Source: a virus
Lineage: Duplodnaviria > Caudoviricetes
Virus record (IMG/VR): IMGVR_UViG_3300032241_001240
Location: 1-62,864 of that record
DNA length: 62,864 nucleotides
Strand: one strand, 5' to 3'
The notes under the pieces are model-generated. The model saw only the letters and a program-made list of their open reading frames with translations, was not told the DNA's origin and did not search any database. Positions 20,014-29,103 of the stretch are shown here, one piece after another. How positions within the stretch are numbered: position 1 is the stretch's first letter; every line of letters begins with the position of its first letter. Made by a program: the position numbers and the translations under genes.

Positions 20014-20625
20014 TTAATCAACGCTGTCAATGTTATTTGTGGCTTGTTCGACAATTAGATTGGCATGTACCTTTACCAACATTGCATAACTTGTTGCATG
20101 GCTTTTGTGAAAGCTATACGATCCGTCAGATGAATCTAACCATATCTCACTTGCAATAGAATCAAATCCGTTTAGTTTGCATTTTTCTACCAAATGTCTT
20201 TTACCTGGGCGAATAAGGGCTAATATCATTGCTACATCTTGAATATTCTTTGGGCGCAAACTTGCAACCATGTCAGCATGTTTACCAAGATGTATCAGTT
20301 TCTCTGTAAATTCTGTATAGGAAAGTAGATTCCAGTCAAACTCTCTAGACATTAGATCTAATAAATGTTGTTCGTTTTTGACCATTTCGTACACATAAAC
20401 ATTGAGTAAATCTATTTTATACAACCCTTGCTGTTCTGCTGTTTCATAATGTAAACTAGCTAATCCTGTAATAGGATCTGTGGGAACAGTATGAAAATAA
20501 ACACCTGTGTTATGTTTTGTAATGGTATTATTTCGTATAATCGCCGCTGGTATATGATATAAAAATTTCAATGCTCGATTGCGATCTGCAAAATCTATAT
20601 CAACATCGCCTGCTAATTTAGGCAT
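20014..20625 (-). CDS. Miniature DnaE (Pol III alpha)-like catalytic-core protein
   Basis: GDVDIDF, KHNTGVY, YKIDLL, ALIRPG and YSFHKSHATSYA occur in DnaE order in ~203 aa; ATG at 20625 follows GGGGAGA. Confidence 0.8.
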   Translation of the reverse strand: MPKLAGDVDIDFADRNRALKFLYHIPAAIIRNNTITKHNTGVYFHTVPTDPITGLASLHYETAEQQGLYKIDLLNVYVYEMVKNEQHLLDLMSREFDWNLLSYTEFTEKLIHLGKHADMVASLRPKNIQDVAMILALIRPGKRHLVEKCKLNGFDSIASEIWLDSSDGSYSFHKSHATSYAMLVKVHANLIVEQATNNIDSVD

Positions 20626-20852
20626 ATAATATCTCCCCATGTTAGAACAAATTCTGCAGCAGTTTGCTGATTAACATCGATGTAAATTTGCCAAGGATTA
20701 ACTGGAATAAGTTCATATCTGATATTTCTATCTTCTAACCATTTACCTAACGGCGATTGGCTGTTGATAAAAGGTACAGAATATATAGACATTAACGGCT
20801 CGAACTGATAGACAATCCAGTCTTCATCTATTTCGACAAAGAACTTTCTCAT
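20613..20852 (-). CDS. Hypothetical protein
   Basis: Coupled ORF (ATGA overlap). Confidence 0.6.
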   Translation of the reverse strand: MRKFFVEIDEDWIVYQFEPLMSIYSVPFINSQSPLGKWLEDRNIRYELIPVNPWQIYIDVNQQTAAEFVLTWGDIICLN

Positions 20853-21160
20853 TCATAGCTTACCTTATTATCTAACTCTCGATTAATTGATTGAATATGT
20901 CGTTCATTACTATTGATTCTATTCCTCAAGGAACGCAAATCGTTTTCAAGCTTTGCAACAGTAGCTTGCAGAAGTTTTACAGTATTCTCAAGTCTCAGAA
21001 CCAATGTTGATTCAACAATAGAAATTTTCTTCCCATTAACTTCTATTTCTGTTACCATGCCATGTTCGTGTAAGGCAATTGCCGGCGGTTGCTGAGTGGT
21101 GTAACCAACATCATATTCCTCTCCGTCGTCTTCATACATGCCGTTATATGTATCACTCAT
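20849..21160 (-). CDS. Hypothetical coiled-coil protein
   Basis: Heptad-like C-terminal half. Confidence 0.65.
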   Translation of the reverse strand: MSDTYNGMYEDDGEEYDVGYTTQQPPAIALHEHGMVTEIEVNGKKISIVESTLVLRLENTVKLLQATVAKLENDLRSLRNRINSNERHIQSINRELDNKVSYE

Positions 21161-21163
21161 TTA

Positions 21164-21850
21164 TTACATCCCATTTTCTCTAAGTGTATTGCGTATAAAT
21201 TCGCAACTGTCTCTGTTTTTATTGAATCGTATTTTCCAAGGCCCCGGCGGTGCATATTTTTTAATCATACTTATTTGTTCGGGTGTGCATCTTTCAAAAA
21301 AATCAACTGCGCTATCAACATTATACAACAGCCACGGTGATATCCTGCCACTGCGTATCCATGCTACTGCTTGATTGGTATTAACCTGTCTAAAAAATTC
21401 TGGCCACGGCTCCCCTGATTGCATGCTCCATTCATTCATTAACATGATATTTCGTTCAAGGGCATCCTCTGCTGATTCTTGTCGTGTTAATTCTCGAACA
21501 TATTGTTCGTAGACAAAATCATGAGTCCATTTGTCAAGAGGCAAATTGTTTTTGATAACATAATCAATAAATTTAGCAGGTTCCACTGCATTAAGATCTC
21601 TCATATGCATGCCAAATTTAACAAATGCAAGATAATATTGGCTATCTATAAAATTTCTATAATTATTTTTAAAATTCGTGTTTTTATTGAATGTGTTTAA
21701 TTCATAAAATCTACTCCAAGCTAGAAATCCAAATCTCACATGAGGATCGTCTCGTTGAAACCATCTTCGCTTTTTTTCACAACTATGATTTACAAGGCTT
21801 GATTCTTTAACAAATGTGCGTTTGCAAAATTCACATTCAAAAGATGTCAT
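21164..21850 (-). CDS. Hypothetical protein with N-terminal C2HC Zn finger
   Basis: CEFCKRTF....LVNHSC; probable start at ATG 21850 overlapping the upstream stop. Confidence 0.75.
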   Translation of the reverse strand: MTSFECEFCKRTFVKESSLVNHSCEKKRRWFQRDDPHVRFGFLAWSRFYELNTFNKNTNFKNNYRNFIDSQYYLAFVKFGMHMRDLNAVEPAKFIDYVIKNNLPLDKWTHDFVYEQYVRELTRQESAEDALERNIMLMNEWSMQSGEPWPEFFRQVNTNQAVAWIRSGRISPWLLYNVDSAVDFFERCTPEQISMIKKYAPPGPWKIRFNKNRDSCEFIRNTLRENGM

Positions 21851-22371
21851 GCACTTTGTTGCTTCTTCCATGTGTCGATTAAATCCTTGACCTCTGCATC
21901 ACTTGCACCACTTCCTTTTACCAAGCTAGTCCAGCTTTCAATATCATAAGATGATTTTAGAATAGATAATTCATCGTCATTTAATTGAGGAAAACGATCT
22001 AACAACCATTGATCAATTTTATTTGATTGTTTGGTATTTTTCGCAGCTAACCAACTACGGTATTGTTTACTCCCTAAACCAGCTAAACACAACAATTTGT
22101 GTTGTAATTCGGGGTGCTTTGTTAAATTCCAAAATCCAAGATTAACAATCTCGTTTGTAGCCATAACCGCATATGCTGCGTTTGGATTTTGAGAATTTAA
22201 CGAACTCATATAACGCATGAGCACAAGTGGTGAGTAACCTTTTTTTTCGTCTTCTGTTAGGTTGTTATAATAATCAAAATTTCGAGTATCTATTGCGTGC
22301 AATGTTTCGAAAAGATCTAACTTTTGCGTTTTTTGTGATTTTTGTGATTTTTGTGATTTTTTTTCGGCCAC
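21847..22371 (-). CDS. Putative clamp-loader small subunit (T4 gp62-like)
   Basis: YSPLVLMRYMS...ATNE...HPELQ...QYRSWL resembles the gp62 pattern; replication context. Confidence 0.5.
   Translation of the reverse strand: MAEKKSQKSQKSQKTQKLDLFETLHAIDTRNFDYYNNLTEDEKKGYSPLVLMRYMSSLNSQNPNAAYAVMATNEIVNLGFWNLTKHPELQHKLLCLAGLGSKQYRSWLAAKNTKQSNKIDQWLLDRFPQLNDDELSILKSSYDIESWTSLVKGSGASDAEVKDLIDTWKKQQSA
22322..22357. repeat. 9-bp tandem repeat (TTTTGTGAT x3 plus one variant) encoding KSQ repeats
   Basis: Seen directly; protein begins MAEKKSQKSQKSQKTQK. Confidence 0.85.
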
Positions 22372-22526
22372 GATGCATGTCTCCTAATATAATTGTTACT
22401 TAAATATCGTAGTAATACAAGACACAAAATGGTCTCTTTTTGATTATATTAATAAATAATATCATCTAGCATTATGCGGCTACCCAACCGCGTAGCCCTA
22501 GAACGGCAACACAAAGGAGAAACAAC

Positions 22527-23621
22527 ATGGGACGCCCGATTAATAACAGATATATTGGTAACGTAAGCGGTTCTGGCCAACAAATAGAAGCTACTGCATA
22601 TTTTACATGCAAGCCTGGTGCAGCTCTAGCATATATATGCTCTCAAAAAGCAACAAATACTTATAATATGGTTTCAGTTTGCGGAAATTATAGCAATCGC
22701 GTTGAATTGACCAACGGCGGAGTTGCACTACAACCTGGACAAGCTAACGTCACTGTCAAACCGTACGGATTTTCTGGTAGTGGGGCTACTGCTACTGCTA
22801 ATTTAGGTGCTACAAGTTTCACAGTTGTATCTGGTGGATCAGGTACTTATGCAAATGGTTATGTTCCTGGACAAATTTTATGTGTGTCAGGTGGTACTCA
22901 TACAGCTAATAAACAATCTAATGCCACAGTAACATCAGTCTCGCTAGGCGCTGTAGGCAATATATACTCTGACACCGGATATACTGTAGGAGACACATTT
23001 ACGTGGAATTACGCAGGTTGGTCGACACCTACCATTATTACAGTTGCAACAACAACAGGTAATGGTAATATCAGCGGCGTAACACTTACATCAGTAGGAT
23101 CAACAACTAATACCAGTGTTAGTAATACCACAGTATACAGCAGTGCAACTACAACTAACGCATGGGCTAATAGTGCAACATTTGGTCTAAGATGGGATGC
23201 CAGCGGACTTACGGTAAATCACGAAGGCGATTATACATCTCCACCAAGTAATCCTGTATCCTTTACAGCAGCGTCTGGTCACGGTACCGGTGCTACAGCG
23301 ACGGTTGGATACGGTCTATCGTCTGTACAGGTTACAGCCGGCGGCAGTGGTTATCAAGCTGTTACAGCAACCGTAAGCGGCAACGGCGGAGCCAGTGTTG
23401 GTGCTACAGTTACATGCGGCGCGGTTACAGCACTTTCAATTTGCGGACCAGGGTCGTATGGACCAACTCGTCCAACAATAACAATTGCACCTATTGCAAG
23501 CTTAGAATATGCGCAAGTTATCAGGAACCTTACGGTAACAACATTCTTATATAATACATATGAATGGGTTCCAACAGGTTGCACACCTCGACCAGGCCAA
23601 GCTGTTCTACAGACTGCATAA
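22527..23621 (+). CDS. Putative virion structural/fibre protein
   Basis: TAAATA promoter and AAGGAG SD; G/T/S-rich with GSGY and GATATA repeats; almost no charged residues. Confidence 0.8.
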   Translation: MGRPINNRYIGNVSGSGQQIEATAYFTCKPGAALAYICSQKATNTYNMVSVCGNYSNRVELTNGGVALQPGQANVTVKPYGFSGSGATATANLGATSFTVVSGGSGTYANGYVPGQILCVSGGTHTANKQSNATVTSVSLGAVGNIYSDTGYTVGDTFTWNYAGWSTPTIITVATTTGNGNISGVTLTSVGSTTNTSVSNTTVYSSATTTNAWANSATFGLRWDASGLTVNHEGDYTSPPSNPVSFTAASGHGTGATATVGYGLSSVQVTAGGSGYQAVTATVSGNGGASVGATVTCGAVTALSICGPGSYGPTRPTITIAPIASLEYAQVIRNLTVTTFLYNTYEWVPTGCTPRPGQAVLQTA

Positions 23622-23652
23622 TAACTGTCCTGCAAAAGCAGGCAGGCTCAGT

Positions 23653-23693
23653 GAAACCCCATTGATTAGCCCGAGCGACATCAATGGGGTTTC
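23653..23693. terminator. Hairpin between convergent genes (probable bidirectional terminator)
   Basis: 14-bp stem gaaaccccattgat / atcaatggggtttc. Confidence 0.7.
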
Positions 23694-23699
23694 TGCTAT

Positions 23700-24200
23700 C
23701 TAGAACATTTTGCGAATATCTAAATTGTCAGGTATTTTGCCAACTTCTTTGACAAAAAATGCACATAAAGGATTTTCTCCGTCAGTTAGCGGTACCGATA
23801 ATAGATGTCCATTTTTAAGTTTAGGGAAATACCATTTTACATCTGGCCAAGTGTTGATAATTTCAAGTTTTAAAAATTTAGGCATATACCCTCGTATTGG
23901 GTTGAAGCAAAATACATCAAAGTCTTTATCCATTAGATATACCAACGGCATTACTTCGAGATCACCTAAATGTATATCACCTATGATAACACTCCAATCT
24001 AACGGCATTTGAATGTTGTATTCTCCAATTTTAATATCTATGCAAGGACTGTTGAAACTTTCTAGAAATATCAATGGTAAAAAATAATAATCAACATCAG
24101 ATTGATTTGAATAATCAAGTACGCAATAACGCAGATCTTCGACACGATCAGGTATTTGATTTATTGCATATGATCGATTTTCATGAGTTAAGATCCGTAT
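23700..24200 (-). CDS. Hypothetical protein, probably initiating at an ATA codon
   Basis: Frame stays open 42 codons upstream of the tracked TTG start, to ATA at 24200, 7 nt after AGGAG: (M)RILTHENRSYAINQIPDRVEDLRYCVLD... Confidence 0.7.
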   Translation of the reverse strand: MRILTHENRSYAINQIPDRVEDLRYCVLDYSNQSDVDYYFLPLIFLESFNSPCIDIKIGEYNIQMPLDWSVIIGDIHLGDLEVMPLVYLMDKDFDVFCFNPIRGYMPKFLKLEIINTWPDVKWYFPKLKNGHLLSVPLTDGENPLCAFFVKEVGKIPDNLDIRKMF

Positions 24201-24266
24201 AGCTGTTCTCCTACTAAAATATGTCAGCAGGTATTTACAGCTATTTTCGATAAAATTGTTTAAAAA

Positions 24267-25724
24267 TCAATAGACTATCTTTGAAATACTAGACGGATAC
24301 TGTACCTCTGTATAAAATTTACGTCGTTTTAATAAATGCTTATTACTGAATTTGCATTTACTAGCTATATCATATATAGAAACTTCGTTTTTATCATCGG
24401 CTTTTCGTAAGCCTCGACCAATACTTTGTATTACTCGAACAAAACTTTTACCTGGTTCTAGCAATATTAGATTGAATATTCGATTTATTGAGATTCCGGT
24501 ACTTGTGGTACCGTATGTAGCTATCATTATAGCATTGTCAGCGAGATTGATATCTTTATAATGTGCCTTACGTTTGGTACTTTTCATTTTCCCACTGATA
24601 AAGGTAGCATCAGGTATTAATTCTTGTAATATTTGGCCAGTTTCGATACGATCTATTAATACGAGTGTGTTGCCAGTTTTAGAAATTTCTATAATTTTTT
24701 CAGACAACCATTTCATTCGATCTCTATTGGTTACCAGATATTTTAATTCCTCTTGATAATTGTTGTATACTACTGATTCTTGTGTATGTAAAATATTCAC
24801 ATGACACTGAGCTAAATGTCCTTGATCTTGCAATTCTTTTGCAGTGAGTTGGCCAACTAATGGACCAATTGCACTATATAAACTTACTTGATTATATTCT
24901 TCTTCTGGTATTGTACCAGTTAACCCCCAGCGTATAGGTATGTTAGAAAATGTCGTTGTCAATAAACTGTGTAATACATTCATATTTTTTACTGAATGAC
25001 ATTCGTCGCATATCACAGCTACCAAATTGTCTAAAAACACTGTCATTTGTTCGTCGTCAAGCGCATCTTTGTGTTTTTTATCTAACACCATCAAACTTTG
25101 CCATGTACAGATAGTATGCGTTCGATCATATTCTTTACGATCACCGTATAATACACCAACATCTAACCCAATATTTCGATAATCTTCTTCTGTCTGTTGA
25201 ACTAGATTTTTGTTGGGGACTATAAGTATAGTTCTGCCATATCTTTCTGCTACCTTGGCTAGAGTGGCACTTACAATTGTTTTTCCTGAACTGGTAGGAG
25301 CAACACTAATACTCTGTAGATTATTGATACACTCGTTAATTGCTTGAACTTGATAATCTCGCAGAACAATAGGCTCTCCAGCAGCTCGGTGACCTACTGG
25401 CCATACAATATGACTTAGAAAGTTTTCGGTAATTTCGCTGAACTCGAATGTATGAGTAGGTCTCTGATCAACGAGTTCAAGTTCATAACCGTGATCAGTT
25501 AATATTGGAAGAATTTTGTCTAATAAATTTAGATAAGTTCTGCCACCTAATGTACAAAAACTTGTTGTACCGTCCCATCGACCAAGCTTATAAGCAGGAC
25601 TATAACGTGCATGAGGGAGAAAATATTTTACTGCATTTACGCATGCTCGGCGAGTCGGTAAATCTAATCCTTCTAGTTTTACAGATGTCTCATTTTCAAT
25701 AATTATTTGCGCAATTTTAATCAC
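24267..25724 (-). CDS. uvsW: UvsW-like SF2 DNA helicase
   Basis: WDG, LRDYQ, APTSSGKT, DECH, GLTGT, QSIGRGLR. Confidence 0.92.
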   Translation of the reverse strand: MIKIAQIIIENETSVKLEGLDLPTRRACVNAVKYFLPHARYSPAYKLGRWDGTTSFCTLGGRTYLNLLDKILPILTDHGYELELVDQRPTHTFEFSEITENFLSHIVWPVGHRAAGEPIVLRDYQVQAINECINNLQSISVAPTSSGKTIVSATLAKVAERYGRTILIVPNKNLVQQTEEDYRNIGLDVGVLYGDRKEYDRTHTICTWQSLMVLDKKHKDALDDEQMTVFLDNLVAVICDECHSVKNMNVLHSLLTTTFSNIPIRWGLTGTIPEEEYNQVSLYSAIGPLVGQLTAKELQDQGHLAQCHVNILHTQESVVYNNYQEELKYLVTNRDRMKWLSEKIIEISKTGNTLVLIDRIETGQILQELIPDATFISGKMKSTKRKAHYKDINLADNAIMIATYGTTSTGISINRIFNLILLEPGKSFVRVIQSIGRGLRKADDKNEVSIYDIASKCKFSNKHLLKRRKFYTEVQYPSSISKIVY

Positions 25725-25751
25725 ATTAGCCTCTTATAGTTGCAATATCTG

Positions 25752-26225
25752 TTAATTTATACGTGTGTTATTTTCGAGAGTTACTGTTTCGAGACCAACT
25801 ACGCGCAATTTTACAATGTGGCCAATTTGCCAAGCCTTGATATCTAATCCTTTCATAAGTGCTAGATATTTGTTGCGCACAAGACCTACTTCATTAATTA
25901 TTATCGCCATACCAACTACATCGTCTTCGCCATCTATATATTTTTCTATCGATCTATCAGTTAATTGGCGATTATATCTTTCTAGATATCTTCTATAATG
26001 ATCGCTTCTTATTTTATCATATTTGATATTTAGATGTTTCAATATCGCTTCGATTTCTTGTAGTTGTCCAAATCTATGAGAGGTTATACCAGATAGTTCT
26101 TGTGAATTCTTTTCTAGATTACCTATAATTTTCGTTTCATTCTTTGCTAATTCTAATTCATTATTATAGTAATCTATTGCAAACGGAATATCACTAAGAT
26201 TTTCTACTACCCGGTTATACCACAT
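25752..26225 (-). CDS. uvsY: UvsY-like recombination mediator
   Basis: Helical protein with IEKYIDGEDD...KGLDIKAWQI, between uvsX and uvsW. Confidence 0.7.
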   Translation of the reverse strand: MWYNRVVENLSDIPFAIDYYNNELELAKNETKIIGNLEKNSQELSGITSHRFGQLQEIEAILKHLNIKYDKIRSDHYRRYLERYNRQLTDRSIEKYIDGEDDVVGMAIIINEVGLVRNKYLALMKGLDIKAWQIGHIVKLRVVGLETVTLENNTRIN

Positions 26226-26257
26226 ATTTCCTCAAACTTGTAAAATATTAAAAGATA

Positions 26258-26497
26258 TCATTCTTCGTTGTAATCTAAATCATCGTTATAATCGCCATCT
26301 AGATCATTTTTAAGTTCGTCTAGTGCGTAATCAATATGTTCATCTTCTTCGCGTAAATCCTCTAAATCATTAAGTTCAATATCTTGATCAATTAAGATAC
26401 GTAAAAACCTAGACGCAGCATCGTTCTTTTTACCCAGTGGAATAAAATCTGAGAAGTGCTCCCAGATTTCTAAAATTGCACGATCAGTAATTTCCAA
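26258..26497 (-). CDS. Small acidic hypothetical protein
   Basis: ORF in operon. Confidence 0.65.
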   Translation of the reverse strand: MEITDRAILEIWEHFSDFIPLGKKNDAASRFLRILIDQDIELNDLEDLREEDEHIDYALDELKNDLDGDYNDDLDYNEE

Positions 26498-26500
26498 TTT

Positions 26501-27025
26501 TCATTCTCCTGTTTCTTCTGAAATATCATGTTCTTCATCTTGTATAGGATTTATCCTACGTTCATCCCATTCATCCATAATCTTATCTAAAAAGTCATTT
26601 GTGATGGAATTACGAAAATATTTGTGTTCTACATTCGACTTGTCAATATACTTGAGTTTATTCCCGTCTTTAACCAAAATACCTTTCTTCTCAAACAACT
26701 CAATCAATCCGCTATAAGGATCCATACCTGTTTCCCAAGGAATTTTGATTTCAACGTTTTCAAATGGCTTGTTATATCTAGTCTTCATAATTTTGCATGC
26801 AGCACGAATACCACGAACATCTGTAACCTTTTTACCATCTTCGTCTTCTTTAAGCTTGCGCTTTTGCATAGCTACAACAATTGATGATGCATAGATGAAT
26901 CCTGAGTTATGGCTGACTATTCCGCTATCTAATAGATAATGATGTGCAACAGGAACTGATATATCATATACTTTCTTAATACCTATATTTTTTTTACTTT
27001 TAATTCTAATTTTTTGTAGTGACAT
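26501..27025 (-). CDS. uvsX: Split-intein C-fragment (40 aa) fused to the RecA/UvsX C-terminal extein
   Basis: MSLQKIRIKSKKNIGIKKVYDISVPVAHHYLLDSGIVSHN|SGFIYASS...KTRYNKPF; the intein ends HN at 26906 with Ser+1. Confidence 0.92.
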   Translation of the reverse strand: MSLQKIRIKSKKNIGIKKVYDISVPVAHHYLLDSGIVSHNSGFIYASSIVVAMQKRKLKEDEDGKKVTDVRGIRAACKIMKTRYNKPFENVEIKIPWETGMDPYSGLIELFEKKGILVKDGNKLKYIDKSNVEHKYFRNSITNDFLDKIMDEWDERRINPIQDEEHDISEETGE

Positions 27026-27995
27026 TTTTGATATACTCCTTTATCATTTTAATTGATTCTAGTTTGTTATCTGATTCCCAAACTACTATAGTATGATACC
27101 CCTTGGTGTTCGACATACACTGCTGCTTATTCTTATCTCTGTTCCATATTTCTTGCGCTGTTAAATTTGTCTGTTTATGTAAGTATTCAGAATTATATTT
27201 TTTTGGATTACAATGCCAATAGTCTCCATAAAACTCAACACAAAGATTATATGCTGGGACAACAAAATCGAAGAAATAATAACAATGTAAATTTGAATCT
27301 AAAATTCCATATTCACCATTTTCATTGCATGCACTATAAATTTTGCAATCAGGAAATAAATTACTCAATTCTAAAAAAAATTTATTTGCTTTTTTAGAAT
27401 TATGTCTATTTTTAAATTTTTTAGACCATAACTTTCGTCCTGCATCGTCTCCGTGATTGTTAATATACCCTTCCAATGTATAATTTATTTTTCTAGATTC
27501 ACATAGAGCATTATATTTCAACGTTCCTTCAGTTTCTCCAAATTTTGATATAAAATATTGCAAAGACATATTATCAGAACGTTGCATAATGTATGATTTA
27601 GCTTCTTCCTCACTCATTCCTCGTTCCATCCAATATTCTTTGCAAAATGGAGATCTACGTTTTCTTTCATCTGTATCATATTTTTCTAATCTCAGTTTAC
27701 TGTTAGCACGTTGTACTCTAGAAACTTGCTCTACAGCACTTTCCATTGTGTAACCTAACTTGACCCAATAATCGATGCTACGTGGACTTCGAGATTTCTG
27801 AAGTTGAGATATTTTTTCTTGAGATTCCTGCAATGATAAGCCTCTTTTGATCCAATATTCAACCGAAGTTTGACCGATTTTTTTAGGCAGTTTTAACTTT
27901 CTGCTGTTTTTGCACAATGGCGAACATACATATTGTATAGTCATTATACTATCTTTTTTTCTTATCATTTTTCCGCATTCAACGCACGGTTTCAT
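27006..27995 (-). mobile_element. Free-standing Vsr-like homing endonuclease gene between the split-intein halves
   Basis: N-terminal CxxC...CxxxC, three YWxxxGxxxxE repeats, C-terminal FDF...VEFYGDYWHCNPK...GYHTIVVWE. Confidence 0.82.
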
Positions 27996-28003
27996 GTGAT
28001 TAA

Positions 28004-28049
28004 CCTCCAGTAATTTGTGTGTTGTAGATATTTAGCAAATTACTGGAGG
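28004..28049 (-). promoter_or_regulatory. RBS-sequestering hairpin with a late promoter in its loop
   Basis: Perfect 14-bp inverted repeat cctccagtaatttg / caaattactggagg. On the minus strand the 3' arm carries the GGAGG SD of the endonuclease, and the 18-nt loop contains TAAATA. Confidence 0.85.
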
Positions 28050-28063
28050 GCAAGGGTTATTAG

Positions 28064-29014
28064 TTACACAACTTGTAATATTTCATCATTTTCAGACAAT
28101 TCTGCTACAGTTTTCCACACCAATTGATTATCAAGCTGTTGCGTTAAAAACTTATGTTCGTTAGTGGCCTGAATTATTTCACCAGTTTCTAATTCAATTT
28201 CAATTACTTCTTTGTCATCAAATGTAAACGTTTCTGAAACATCGATATCACCATCTAATGTAACAACAACATCCCCTTGCTGAATATCTTCAATATTCTT
28301 TGATGAACCGTCTGCCATCCAGATTTTATGCCCGGCTGTTAAACAACCTCCACTAATTTTGTCATCTGGATCAAACATATCTTGACTAGCATAGCTATGA
28401 TTGGTTACTACCATACCAACATCATATTCACCAAACATATTCACACAGTTACGAACTAGGGCTGTAAGTGCCTTTGGTTTACGACCCATATCACCCTTTA
28501 AATCGCCTGCTTCGAATTGATTCACATCAGTTGGGGTTAATAACATACCGAGACTGTCTAACACAAACAAAATCTTTGGTCGGTCCTCTTCTGGTACGGT
28601 GTCAAACCGCGACTTGTAATCTTTCATAAAGTCACTCATTAATCTAGCTACGTCGTCAATCATAGACATATTAACCTTAAGTAACTTTTCTTCACTGGTA
28701 TCAACACCAAGTGGCTTTAACCAATTTTCGTCAAGTGCATTTTCTGTGTCAATTAATACAACGAAAATACCCTGTTTTTGTGCATTGCGCACCAAATTAC
28801 CCGAACAAATATACGATTTACCGCTGCCTGACTGGCCTGCAAACATAGTAACCTTTCCTAGAGGGATACCGCGTCTAAAGTTACCAGATATACCATAATT
28901 AAGTGCATAGTTGCCGCTATCAATCCAATGCTTTGGATCGTGGAATCCAAGAGAAATACCTGGAATACTTTTTGTTAGGTCACGTCTAAACTTTGAAAGA
29001 TCAAACGGTTTCAT
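28064..29014 (-). CDS. uvsX: RecA/UvsX N-terminal extein fused to split-intein N-fragment (93 aa)
   Basis: Walker A GQSGSGKS, IDTENA, LDSLG, VTNH, then DKISGG|CLTAGHKIWMADG...ATNEHKF (intein blocks A and B; Cys at 28345). Confidence 0.93.
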   Translation of the reverse strand: MKPFDLSKFRRDLTKSIPGISLGFHDPKHWIDSGNYALNYGISGNFRRGIPLGKVTMFAGQSGSGKSYICSGNLVRNAQKQGIFVVLIDTENALDENWLKPLGVDTSEEKLLKVNMSMIDDVARLMSDFMKDYKSRFDTVPEEDRPKILFVLDSLGMLLTPTDVNQFEAGDLKGDMGRKPKALTALVRNCVNMFGEYDVGMVVTNHSYASQDMFDPDDKISGGCLTAGHKIWMADGSSKNIEDIQQGDVVVTLDGDIDVSETFTFDDKEVIEIELETGEIIQATNEHKFLTQQLDNQLVWKTVAELSENDEILQVV

Positions 29015-29070
29015 GTTATTCTCCTGTTAATAAAATGACGATAGATAATGTGAGTTGTATTATTTAAAAA

Positions 29071-29099
29071 TATGGGGGAGGTCGTACACCTCCCCCATA
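29071..29099 (-). terminator. Intrinsic terminator
   Basis: tatgggggaggt/acctcccccata stem followed by a T-run on the minus strand. Confidence 0.8.
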
Positions 29100-29103
29100 A
29101 TTA

